DNA of 64,000 nucleotides from Candidatus Poribacteria bacterium. GTDB taxonomy: Bacteria > Poribacteria > WGA-4E > PCPOR2b. A model generated the notes under the pieces. That model saw nothing but the letters and a program-made list of their open reading frames with translations, did no database searches and was not told where the DNA came from. A program made the position numbers and the translations under genes. Position 1 is the stretch's first letter. Every line of letters starts with the position of its first letter. Below are positions 18,957-28,582 of the stretch, piece after piece. The stretch spans positions 4,512,001 through 4,576,000 of the forward strand of contig OZ244042.1 in NCBI GenBank assembly GCA_965215015.1. Direction: 5' to 3'.

Positions 18957-20054
18957 ATGAAAATTGGTATTGTTGGGCTTCCTTATGTTGGAAAAACCTC
19001 TCTTTTCAATGCACTGACACAATCCGAGGCAGAAACGGGGACTTATGCCGCCAAAAAGGGATGGAACATCGGCTCGGTAAAAGTTCCCGACGAGCGGCTG
19101 GCGGCATTAGCAGGGATATTCAATCCAAAGAAGGTTACTCCAACAAACATCGATTATGTGGACGTCCCCGGCGTTACCAAGGGTGATATTGCGCTGGAAG
19201 GATTGGAAGGATTGGAAGCAAGCGTCATCGCTGAACTCCGTGAGGTTGACGCACTCGTCCATATTGTCCGTGTATTTGAGGATGATGCTGTGCCGCATGT
19301 TGACGGCGATGTAGCCCCAAAGCGGGATATCGAAACGATTGACATCGAGCTCGCCTTTGCGGATTTGGGAATTATCGACAACCGATTAGATCGGCTCAGT
19401 CGGGAGCTTCGGACACAGAAAATTCCAGCGTTAGAGCATGAGCGTGTAGTGTTAGAGCGGTGTAAGGACACACTGGAAGGAGGCACCCCCATTCGAGAGC
19501 TGCCGCTTTCCCCTGAAGATGAGCGGGCGATACGCGGTTACGGATTCTTGACGCAAAAACCGCTGTTATTGGTTCTCAATATTGGCGAAGATGAGTTGGA
19601 TAGCACAGAAGAGATACGTGCCAGTTTTGCGGAGTACGCGCAAACACGGCAGATTGAAATTATCACACTTTCCGCAAGATTGGAGATGGAGCTTGCGCGG
19701 CTGGACGCGGAGGATGCGGAAATCTTTCGCACTGAGATGGGACTCAGCGAATCCGCACCGGCCCAGGTGATTGAGGCTTCGTACCGCACTCTTGAACTGA
19801 TAACCTTCTTCACCGTCGTCTCGGATCAGTTGCAGGCTTGGACGCTCAAAAACGGTATGACCGCCCTTGATGGGGCAGCGGCAATCCATACGGACATGGC
19901 GCGGGGATTTATCCGGGCCGAAACCATCCACTGGGCGGATCTGGTAGATTGTGAGAGCTTAACAAAAGCGCGAGACGACGGGTTGTTACGGCTTGAGGGG
20001 AAAGACTATATTGTATCAGATGGCGATGTATTGACGATACGGTTTAACGTTTAG
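18957..20054 (+). CDS. ychF: Redox-regulated ATPase YchF
   Basis: GIVGLPYVGKT, KVPDERL, IHTDMARGFIRAE, EGKDYIVSDGDV. Confidence 0.95.
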   Translation: MKIGIVGLPYVGKTSLFNALTQSEAETGTYAAKKGWNIGSVKVPDERLAALAGIFNPKKVTPTNIDYVDVPGVTKGDIALEGLEGLEASVIAELREVDALVHIVRVFEDDAVPHVDGDVAPKRDIETIDIELAFADLGIIDNRLDRLSRELRTQKIPALEHERVVLERCKDTLEGGTPIRELPLSPEDERAIRGYGFLTQKPLLLVLNIGEDELDSTEEIRASFAEYAQTRQIEIITLSARLEMELARLDAEDAEIFRTEMGLSESAPAQVIEASYRTLELITFFTVVSDQLQAWTLKNGMTALDGAAAIHTDMARGFIRAETIHWADLVDCESLTKARDDGLLRLEGKDYIVSDGDVLTIRFNV

Positions 20055-20058
20055 AGGC

Positions 20059-20541
20059 TTACGACTCCTTGACATATAAGACGCCATCTTCCACTTTAAC
20101 CGGTAATTTTTCTATCGGCTGGGGCGGTGGCCCTGCGAGGACATTCCCCGCGCTGTCGAACACTCCACCGTGGCAGGGACAGAAGAACTGATCCTTCCCC
20201 TCATCCCATCGTACAAGGCAGCCAAGATGGGAGCAGACACGCGAATAAACCACAAAATTTCCAGCCCCTTGATCTGTCACATAGACGGAGCGTTTTTTAT
20301 GAGTCTCAACCCAACCATCTTTGGCTTGAAAGACGTAGTTGATTTTTTTATAGCGGCTCCCCTTCAGCAGATCGACGATACCGAGATCTACCCATTTTTT
20401 CGATACTTTTCTGAAAGCGGGTGAAATGGCAAACCCTATCAACGGCACAGCCATCGCTAGGCTAATTAGCCCACCGATAACTGCCATACACGCCTTAAAA
20501 AATGTGCGCCGTTTCTGCCTTTTCTCTGAGACGTTTATCAT
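20059..20541 (-). CDS. Rieske 2Fe-2S protein (QcrA/PetA-like) with Tat signal
   Basis: KRRTFFK plus TM helix; CSHLGC and CPCHG ligand boxes. Confidence 0.92.
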   Translation of the reverse strand: MINVSEKRQKRRTFFKACMAVIGGLISLAMAVPLIGFAISPAFRKVSKKWVDLGIVDLLKGSRYKKINYVFQAKDGWVETHKKRSVYVTDQGAGNFVVYSRVCSHLGCLVRWDEGKDQFFCPCHGGVFDSAGNVLAGPPPQPIEKLPVKVEDGVLYVKES

Positions 20542-20552
20542 GTCAAGACCTC

Positions 20553-21509
20553 CTAATTTAAGTCCTCATCTAGGTCAACCTCCTCCACGCTGAAGCGGAG
20601 ATGTACCTTGTTGACCAGATCGATGACCTCCTGCCACTGTTTTTGAGTTTTCTCAGAGATGCCCTCCGCTTCGAGGGTTTGGGCAAATTCATTGATGGTG
20701 TTATAGAACTGTTGCCGCAAATAGGTATATTCTTCTGTACTGTTTGGATTCTTCGGAGGCTCAAAATCGGCGATTAATTCGGCGTGCTTCCCAAGCCGTC
20801 TTGCCGCTTTCACGGCTGCTTCTTTATCCTGATTATCTCCCTCCTGGAAATACGCTCGGATGAGGTCATATTCATCCTTCATCATAGCCATGACCTCTTT
20901 TAGATCCTCAGGTTCAATGGTTTCTGGCGCCTCTTCCTCAGCTTTCGCTGGTCTCTTCAGGAACAGGGCATAACTGATAGCAAGGGTTTTTTTCGGCAGG
21001 AGTGCAACAGCTTGGGACGCTTCCTGCTCCCCAGCAACCGAGGCAACATCTTTGCCAACCTCAAATTTATCTTCGATTCCCTTGCCACTAAATTGCTTGA
21101 GGAATCTGGCGTTGGCAATCCCAGCGGCTTCGCTGTGTTGATGTACCTCGACTTTGACCACCTTTCCCGTCATATCTAGTCCTACGCCACCGTTGATGAC
21201 ACCGTTCGGTCCTTTGACCTCTACCAACAAGGCTAACCCGATTGTTTTTTTATCCTGATTAACAGCAATATAAAATATCGGTTTAAGGTCTTCGGGACGC
21301 AGCTTTGTGTCAATTTCTGCTTCGATGGCGGCGACTTTTTCAGGCGTTAAGTTCGCCTTCTTTTCGACAAAGTTTGCCGCATTCGGAAAAATGGACGCCA
21401 ATTTCTCGCGGGGCGGGGTTGTTTCTGCCGCCCAAGCGACAGTGGATAGCACGGCAATTAAGATGCTTAAAAGGACGATTCGGTAAGAGGCAACGGCTAT
21501 GGGTTTCAT
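20553..21509 (-). CDS. Exported FMN-binding-domain protein with C-terminal cytochrome b562-like helical bundle
   Basis: Signal peptide; KGPNG...VEVHQHSE...FLKQFSGK; DLKEVM...PPK...NKVHLRF. Confidence 0.65.
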   Translation of the reverse strand: MKPIAVASYRIVLLSILIAVLSTVAWAAETTPPREKLASIFPNAANFVEKKANLTPEKVAAIEAEIDTKLRPEDLKPIFYIAVNQDKKTIGLALLVEVKGPNGVINGGVGLDMTGKVVKVEVHQHSEAAGIANARFLKQFSGKGIEDKFEVGKDVASVAGEQEASQAVALLPKKTLAISYALFLKRPAKAEEEAPETIEPEDLKEVMAMMKDEYDLIRAYFQEGDNQDKEAAVKAARRLGKHAELIADFEPPKNPNSTEEYTYLRQQFYNTINEFAQTLEAEGISEKTQKQWQEVIDLVNKVHLRFSVEEVDLDEDLN

Positions 21510-22003
21510 CAGTTTTTCTCCTCGCAAATTATTTTTGTACATCAGTATAACTGGCACAGATAGCAACTGTCAAGCCAATCAGGAAAGTTCACTTACCCCC
21601 ATTTTTTAAAGAGGTATAATGTTGGTTGTTTTTGAGAGGTATAGAAACCGTCAAAACCCCGCATCAACCTGTTATGGCTCTTAGCTTGTATCAGTTATGG
21701 CTTACTGTTTATCACCTATCAAAAGTCAGGCGATCGATGGGCAAAAGCATTCAACACACGGGCAAAAATCTACTCACTGATTACGGTCATAAAGCACGTG
21801 GTGGCGGAGGCGTGGCGCGGGTGGTGTCTCAATCCCTGCTTCACACTCCCACTGTGCAGGGGAGATACATGCCAACACCCTTAATCACAAGTATTCTCAC
21901 TATCCTAAATCATAAAAATAAATCAAATCTATAACCAAAAAAAATGGGGGTAAATGAATTAAGCGAGGGCTATCGGCTTACAGATGCATCAATAGTATAC
22001 AAT

Positions 22004-22617
22004 TGTCAGCATCTGGATTTACCAGATTCTATGATTCTCAGCATTTTTAGATGCTGCCGTTTCTATCCTGTTTATCCTTCCATCTTGGAAACCCTGATTC
22101 AGCACACCGATTCACATAGCCATCTGATTCAGACATCTCCCGCCACTGTCAGCATCTGGATTTACCAGATTCTATGATTCTCAGGAGTTTTAGATGCTGC
22201 CCTTTCTATCCTGTTTATCCTTCCATCTTGGAAACCCTGATTCAGCACACCGATTCACATAGCCATCTGATTCAGACATCTCCCGCCACTGTCAGCATCT
22301 GGATTCACCAGATTCTATGATTCTCAGGAGTTTTAGATGCTGTCGTTTCTATCCTGTTTATCCTTCCATCCTGAAAATCCTGATTCAGACATCTCCCGCC
22401 ACTGTCAGCATCTGGATTTACCAGATTCTATGATTCTCAGGAGTTTTAGATGCTGCCCTTTCTATCCTGTTTATCCTTCCATCCTGAAAATCCTGATTCA
22501 GACATCTCCCGCCACTGTCAGCATCTGGATTTACCAGATTCTATGATTCTCAGGAGTTTTAGATGCTGCCCTTTCTATCCTGTTTATCCTTCCATCCTGA
22601 AAATCCTGATTCAGACA
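22004..22617. repeat. Tandem array of 5 units (143, 143, 113, 113, ~102 bp)
   Basis: Units start with TGTCAGCATCTGGATT at 22004, 22147, 22290, 22403, 22516 and end CTGATTCAGACA. Confidence 0.95.
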
Positions 22618-22655
22618 TTAAGCTCGGACTTGTCGCTATCTCTCAACCCAACCTC

Positions 22656-23993
22656 TTAGCTGGACCCCGTCTTTCCCAAATCGCGGCGGAGCTCATCTGC
22701 TGAGGCAAGGCCCGCAACTGTGCCCGGGGGATGTTTATACCACCCCGGATCATCATAGCTGGCAAGATGCTCTCGAACTTTTAGGAGGGTAAACATACCG
22801 CCCATTGTGATGTAATCGAAGGGGCCCCGTGCACCGACCATAGGGATGCTGTTTTTTGGCACCCCCATGTGGCCCGCTTCGACATGAACCCCGTGTTCCC
22901 CCATGCCGTGTTCTCCCATTGTCATATACCCAGGCAGCAGATGGCGAATTTTTTGGTCAAGTCCGTTTTTCTGAATACCCACAATATTCGGGAAATTGTG
23001 CCCCATCTGATTCATGACATGGTGGGTCATATGGCAGTGCACCGCCCAATCCCCCGGCTCACTGGCGACAAACTCGATATCCTGCGTGTCACCGACTGGA
23101 ACAAAGAGAGTGCTGCCGGGCAGCTGCCCTGAAATCGGGATGCGACCCCCATTCGTTGCAGTAACCTTGAAGTAGTGACCGTGGAGGTGAATTGAATGAT
23201 GGTCCATTGCCGAGAGGTTGCCGAAACGGATCCGCACCCGATCGCCCATTTTGACGACTAACGGCTCGGTTCCAGGATAACACTTTGCATTCATCGTCAG
23301 GACGTTGAAGTCGGTCATCTCGTTAGGATTGGGCGTGGTCGTCCCCGGATCAATTCGCCACTCACTTAACATAATCGCAAAGTCTCGATCTACCCTGTAA
23401 TCGGGCGAGGCTTTTCTGGGATGGAAAATGAGCATTCCCATCATACCCATCGCCATCTGAGTCATCTCGTCATGGTGGGAATGGTACATGTAAGTCCCCG
23501 ATTGGCGCACCGTCCACTCGTATTTGAAGGTCTCACCCGGTTGGATGGCGCGCTGGGTTAGCCCGCCGACGCCGTCCATCCCGTTCGGGAGAAAGACGCC
23601 ATGCCAGTGGACGGATGTAGGGGCTTTAAGTTTGTTGGTGAGGTAGATGCGGATATGGTCGCCCTCCACCGCCTCAATAGTCGGACCATGGACTTGTCTA
23701 TTGTAACCCCAACACTTCGCTTTCAAACCGGGGGCGAAGTTGTGCCATACCTCCTCAGCAATCAAGTGAAAGACTTTAACGCCGTCAACAATCTTCCACG
23801 GTAGAGCGGAATTGTTGGGCGTGATAATCGGCGTATAGTCCTTATCGGGCAACCCCGGCTCCAACGCTGGCTGTTGCGCGACACCTGCGTAAGATTTTTC
23901 CCATTGGGACTCGGTTGAGTTTGATTGAGCCGGCCCCAGCGCAACGGCACCGCCAACCAGTGCCCCTGTTTTCAGCATATCCCTTCGATTCAT
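22656..23993 (-). CDS. Tat-exported two-domain multicopper oxidase
   Basis: NRRDMLK; HWHG, YHSH, HSIHLHGH, HCHMTHH copper motifs. Confidence 0.93.
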   Translation of the reverse strand: MNRRDMLKTGALVGGAVALGPAQSNSTESQWEKSYAGVAQQPALEPGLPDKDYTPIITPNNSALPWKIVDGVKVFHLIAEEVWHNFAPGLKAKCWGYNRQVHGPTIEAVEGDHIRIYLTNKLKAPTSVHWHGVFLPNGMDGVGGLTQRAIQPGETFKYEWTVRQSGTYMYHSHHDEMTQMAMGMMGMLIFHPRKASPDYRVDRDFAIMLSEWRIDPGTTTPNPNEMTDFNVLTMNAKCYPGTEPLVVKMGDRVRIRFGNLSAMDHHSIHLHGHYFKVTATNGGRIPISGQLPGSTLFVPVGDTQDIEFVASEPGDWAVHCHMTHHVMNQMGHNFPNIVGIQKNGLDQKIRHLLPGYMTMGEHGMGEHGVHVEAGHMGVPKNSIPMVGARGPFDYITMGGMFTLLKVREHLASYDDPGWYKHPPGTVAGLASADELRRDLGKTGSS

Positions 23994-23994
23994 T

Positions 23995-25455
23995 TTAGTG
24001 TCCCCCTTCTGCAGCTGCGCTGTCAAAGTGTTTGACAGGGCCGTTCCTTTGCGATAGCGATGTATCTACCTGTGTATCCAGGACTAGCCTACCGTTGAGA
24101 ATCTGATCGAGTTTCGCTCGTGCGACATGATAGTTGTAGAGTATCTGGATGTAATCTCGACCGGCGTCAATCTGCTGTTGTTTCGCCAGCAATAATCGTG
24201 GGGTGCCTACCTGCATTGCATTGTACTGTAATTGAACCTGTTCGAGAATCTTCTCTTGGAGTGGCAGTATCTCGTTCTGATAAGACAGTGCACCCTGTCG
24301 AGCGGTCAGTAGACGGTGGCGTACGGCGCGGACTGCGGAACGAATCTCAACCGCTAGGGCGTGGTATTCACCCTGCCGTCGGCGTAATTCCGCTGCCGCC
24401 GCCGCGCGCTGCCCCCGTTTTTGATCAAAGAGTGGAATCTCAATCCCAAGCGCAGGGCCTGCTTTCCAGGCTCCATCTTCATACTCAAGTTCTCCTCCAA
24501 TCTCTAAGCGTGGTACAAGAGACATCGCTTTTGACACGCCGAGTTGCTTCCCGATAGATACGATGCGTTCCCGCGTGATGGCGAGATCTATGCTATTTTC
24601 GATTGCAATCTTCTCAACGTTCTCAAGTTTCATCAGTTCTGTTGGGATATTCGGTAGCCGAGCCTCAACCTTCCAAGCTGTTTCCTGACCCCACAGCCCC
24701 ATTAACCGATTGAGCCGTTCGCGGCTTTCGGCAAGGGCGACCTCCGCCGCGGTGAGCCCTAGCTTTGAACGCTCATAAAGCGCACGCTGAAGCAGCAGAT
24801 CCAGTGCCGGTATATTCCCCGCTTCGTGAAGTTGATGAGCAAATTCGTATCCCGCCTGAGTTGCTAGAACAACCTGACGCAACATCCCCAACATCTGCTT
24901 TTCAGCCTGAATGCGATAAAACGCCATGCGTGTCTGCCCTGCCAAATCCATCACAGCAGCTGTCACGCGAAGTTTTGCTGTCTCAAACTCCGATTTTGCA
25001 ATCGATCTTCGCATTGACCCATATAGAAACGAGAGGAAGTCCATCTCAATCGCGAAGGCGTAGGTGTCGTGAGCGGGGGGCGCCGTAGTTGTGTCCACGG
25101 GAAGACCAAATGTCGCGTTTCCATGAAAAGCAGGGTTCGAGAAGGAACCAGCCTCAACGACAGCGGCGTATGCGATACCGATCTCCTCATAGGTTGCCTG
25201 TAGGCGACGGTTATTCAGCAGCGCAATTTGAATGGCCGTATCGGTGACCAGCGGCTTATCTAGCAGCTCTTTAATTGTCTGCACTACTTCATCAGCCGGA
25301 TCCATGTTCGTATTCCAGTGAATAGGGAAGCCAATGCGTTCATCCACCTGCTGCTGGACTTCGTTGAAAGCTACTTTTTTCGATACACCAGCGCAGCCGA
25401 TTAGGAGGAATGACGCCGCGAAAAATAACGCGGCGTATCTCATTTTCTCGTTCAT
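23995..25455 (-). CDS. TolC-family outer membrane lipoprotein (copper resistance)
   Basis: Lipobox LIGC, AIQIALLNNRRLQATY, QLQYNAMQVG; adjacent to the MCO. Confidence 0.88.
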   Translation of the reverse strand: MNEKMRYAALFFAASFLLIGCAGVSKKVAFNEVQQQVDERIGFPIHWNTNMDPADEVVQTIKELLDKPLVTDTAIQIALLNNRRLQATYEEIGIAYAAVVEAGSFSNPAFHGNATFGLPVDTTTAPPAHDTYAFAIEMDFLSFLYGSMRRSIAKSEFETAKLRVTAAVMDLAGQTRMAFYRIQAEKQMLGMLRQVVLATQAGYEFAHQLHEAGNIPALDLLLQRALYERSKLGLTAAEVALAESRERLNRLMGLWGQETAWKVEARLPNIPTELMKLENVEKIAIENSIDLAITRERIVSIGKQLGVSKAMSLVPRLEIGGELEYEDGAWKAGPALGIEIPLFDQKRGQRAAAAAELRRRQGEYHALAVEIRSAVRAVRHRLLTARQGALSYQNEILPLQEKILEQVQLQYNAMQVGTPRLLLAKQQQIDAGRDYIQILYNYHVARAKLDQILNGRLVLDTQVDTSLSQRNGPVKHFDSAAAEGGH

Positions 25456-25476
25456 TTGGTAAACTCCTCACCTGTC

Positions 25477-26205
25477 TTAATGGCTGTGTTTGTGAGACTT
25501 CACGGCTTCGGGATCAGACATATCGCTGCGTGAGACGGGCATTTGCGTTTTCTCACTGTGGCACGTGAGCATCGCCCTTCCGAAATATGGGTTGCGAACG
25601 GGCTCGCCCATTTGCAGCCAGATCCCCCCTTCAGGCACCTCATGTGCCATCCCGCACACGTAGCTATAGATTGGCTTCTCGTAAATTGCGGGTATGCCCA
25701 CAGCAGCAATAAAATGCTTGAAACTATCGCTCAGTGAGCCGTAGGCAATCCGAGCAGCTTTGATGTCCGAGGGGGTGCCAAGTTCATGTCCGGCGTCGTG
25801 GATGGCCTCGGTATGGGCTTCGTGAGCACTCCACAGCTCAGCAGGAGCTTCGCCTTCAAGGGTGTGGAAAGCTTCAAGCATTGTATGTGCCTTCATATTA
25901 ACCTCCTCCACCGTATCGGACGCGAGCTGCTGCCCGATACTGAGATAGGCATCAAACATTGACGCCAATGCTTGCGCCCCATTAGGTGAGAGCTCAGGGC
26001 TGCTATGACCTCCATTACCTTCGTGCTTCTCTGCTGCCGACATATTGTGGTAATCGACGGATGCTCCCTGTTCGGCATTGGGATTTGCAGGATGATCTTG
26101 TGAGGTGATAAGGTCAACGGTTTTGCTACTGCAACCGATGGCTAGGAGTAAAAACAGGGGAATAAGTAGGGATAAAATTTGTTGATTGAAAACTCTGGAT
26201 AACAT
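25477..26205 (-). CDS. DUF3347-type heavy-metal-binding lipoprotein
   Basis: Lipobox AIGC, HPANP, CGMA...WLQ...VRNPYFGRAMLTC; His-rich. Confidence 0.8.
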   Translation of the reverse strand: MLSRVFNQQILSLLIPLFLLLAIGCSSKTVDLITSQDHPANPNAEQGASVDYHNMSAAEKHEGNGGHSSPELSPNGAQALASMFDAYLSIGQQLASDTVEEVNMKAHTMLEAFHTLEGEAPAELWSAHEAHTEAIHDAGHELGTPSDIKAARIAYGSLSDSFKHFIAAVGIPAIYEKPIYSYVCGMAHEVPEGGIWLQMGEPVRNPYFGRAMLTCHSEKTQMPVSRSDMSDPEAVKSHKHSH

Positions 26206-26313
26206 GAGAATAACCTCCGTTTTGAGTGAGAAAAGATCAGAGAAAGACTAGCGGTGTTGTGGTATAGGTGCACAGAAATACCGACCGATCAATACATCTT
26301 AGAATTAGAAAAA

Positions 26314-26778
26314 TTAGGCGAGAGAAAACGGAGGTGCCCGAGGGGAAAGCCGGGGGATGGGAGGAGTTGTGTAAGGGTTATAGGGAAGTTGCAGATGAGC
26401 GGCGAAAGAAACGGTGCCGGAAGAGATTTTAGGCGTTGTGGGTATTAGGAGGATAAATGAGAATGTCTTTTTTTGGATTTGTGAGACAAATTGGGGTTCG
26501 CTTGTTCCAAGCGATTCCCACCGGCTGAAGCAACAATGTCCTTCTTTATCCTCTTGGTGCTCATGGAAAGGGGTTGGTTGATTTTCAGGCTGACAACAAG
26601 TAGACTGGTTCGTTTCATCGGTGGTTTGTGAACCAACCAGACATTGCTGATGCCCCAGAAACTTATCGGCTGTGGTGTCTTCACCCGCTTCTCGGATTGC
26701 TGCACATTGTACCGGACAAATAAAGTAAACCGAGGCTATTGAAAGCAAGAAAAGCACGCCAAGGTTTTTGAATTTCAT
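26314..26778 (-). CDS. DUF2946/CutF/CruR-like Cys/His-rich leader with C-terminal RAPP motif
   Basis: Hydrophobic N-terminus, CPVQC, two CC pairs, HEHQ, ends PPIPRLSPRAPPFSLA*; first gene of the copper operon. Confidence 0.75.
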   Translation of the reverse strand: MKFKNLGVLFLLSIASVYFICPVQCAAIREAGEDTTADKFLGHQQCLVGSQTTDETNQSTCCQPENQPTPFHEHQEDKEGHCCFSRWESLGTSEPQFVSQIQKKTFSFILLIPTTPKISSGTVSFAAHLQLPYNPYTTPPIPRLSPRAPPFSLA

Positions 26779-26881
26779 TGGATGACCCTTTCCCATACAA
26801 TAATGTAGCTATGCGATCAGAACAGTTATTGTCTAATTACGCACTCCCCGAAGGTGCGTAATCTTCGGAAGGTTGAGACTA

Positions 26882-27469
26882 CTACATATATTCTTCTTCA
26901 TCATCTTCAGCAGGGTAGATGTTGACCTCCGATAAGGAAATCGATTCACCGACATAGAAGGTCAACCAATCCCCAACTCGCTCGACAGACATCATCTCGT
27001 CATCATCATTCGTGTATTCGTGCAACTCTACATTGAATGTCTCCATCTCTAGGACATTGACAACGGTCATCTCCGCTGGGGCAATCTCCTGACGCTCGTA
27101 TTCAACGGAGATCTCTGCATCTTCGTCGTCAGGATCGGGGTAGTGAAGCGTAATTGTATCGGGCAGATCCTCATCGAACTCTTCTTCGCCGTCGATAATC
27201 CAGCGGGAGATTTCATACTCGTTCGTGCCGCCGACTCGGTCCACTCCCAAAACCACTACCTCATCATCGTCCTCAAGACGATACATGTAGCGCAGCAAAC
27301 CGCTGCCTTCATACTTCTTCCGCTCTGTCAACTCAAAGGTGCGGGACGCTGCTTCGCTCATTTCAAACGTAATCGAATCAGAAAGCTCAACCATGCTTCC
27401 AAGCGGAATATCCAACAATTCGTGCCGCTTAGGTTTTTCATCTCTTGATTTGCGGCGAAATAGGCCCAT
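26882..27469 (-). CDS. DUF4178/DUF2491-like acidic protein
   Basis: MGLFRRK...LGSMVEL...LPDTITL...Y...SVE...FYVGESI pattern. Confidence 0.55.
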   Translation of the reverse strand: MGLFRRKSRDEKPKRHELLDIPLGSMVELSDSITFEMSEAASRTFELTERKKYEGSGLLRYMYRLEDDDEVVVLGVDRVGGTNEYEISRWIIDGEEEFDEDLPDTITLHYPDPDDEDAEISVEYERQEIAPAEMTVVNVLEMETFNVELHEYTNDDDEMMSVERVGDWLTFYVGESISLSEVNIYPAEDDEEEYM

Positions 27470-27871
27470 TGCATTTACCTCTATTTATTAACTTACTCTC
27501 ACACCCTAAAGGATTCGGGGAGGTTAGGGGGTAGGAGTTCTTACCTCACTGTTTGTAGTAGCGCAATTTATTGCGCGTCTGCCGCAGGTTAGGGGGGTAA
27601 GGGGTATTACCTAACCCCATACCGATTTAGAAGTAGCCTTTATTATACATTATCAAAACGACAACTAGGAGTCGAATTGTAGTATCAACACGGATAGGCC
27701 CGATTTAATCGAGATCTTACAACCGCTACTGCAATGGACAACGCCCTGCCCATTTTGGCGTCCCCACCACACTGACTGCGCCCGCACAGTATGCTGCGAC
27801 GCTGCAATTGGTGCCCCGTGCCAACGATTAAACCTGTTCCCGGAATCAGTAACTGGAACCTATCCTGATAC

Positions 27872-28575
27872 ATCGGTGCGAACCGTCCAAGATTTTATCC
27901 CATCTCTTTCCCCTGCGCTTGTGGGGCTGTTAGGTGGGTAGGAGTTCTTACCCCACTGTTTGTAGTAGCGCAATTTATTGCGCGTCTGCCGCAGGTTAGA
28001 AGGACGAACTGAGTCCCCCCAATCGGTGCGAACCGTCCAAGATTTTATCCCATCTCTTTCCCCTGCGCTTGCGGGGGGTTAGGGGTATAGGAGTTCTTAC
28101 CCCACTGTTTGTAGTAGCGCAATTTATTGCGCGTCTGTCACAGGTTAGAAGGACGAACTGAGTCCCCCCAATCGGTGCGAACCGTCCAAGATTTTATCCG
28201 ATTTCTTTCCCCTGTGCTTGCGGGGGGTTAGGTGGGTAGGAGTTCTTACCCCACTGTTTGTAGTAGCGCAATTTATTGCGCGTCTGCCGCAGGTTAGGTG
28301 TGTAGGAGTGCTTACTTCACCCCATACTGATTCCCCCCAATCGGGTCTAACCGTCCAAGATTTTATCCGATTTCTTTCCCCTGCGCTTGTGGGGGGTTAG
28401 GGGTATAGGAGTTCTTACCCCACTGTTTGTAGTAGCGCAATTTATTGCGCGTCTGCCGCAGGTTAGGTGTGTAGGAGTGCTTACTTCACCCCATACTGAT
28501 TCCCCCCAATCGGTGTGAACCGTCCAAGATTTTATCCGATTTCTTTCCCCCCGCTTGCGGGGGGTTAGGGGGGTA
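27872..28575. repeat. Tandem array of composite palindromic units (150, 149, 169, 169 bp plus a partial unit)
   Basis: Units begin ATCGG..AACCGTCCAAGATTTTATCC at 27872, 28022, 28171, 28340, 28509; related partial copy at ~27520-27620. Confidence 0.95.
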
Positions 28576-28582
28576 TACTGAT

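Noticed and set aside
21626-21934. 102-aa ORF or structured RNA upstream of the FMN-binding gene
   Set aside because: No recognisable motif, weak start, and only a short hairpin
22004-22617. CRISPR array
   Set aside because: Units are 113-143 bp near-identical tandem copies with no unique spacers, and there are no cas genes
21944-22659. Short ORFs containing ILKILIQT/HPENPDSD
   Set aside because: Translations of the tandem repeat with no independent coding evidence
27872-28575. CRISPR array or coding repeat
   Set aside because: No variable spacers; unit lengths of 149 and 169 break the reading frame; the short ORF is repeat-derived
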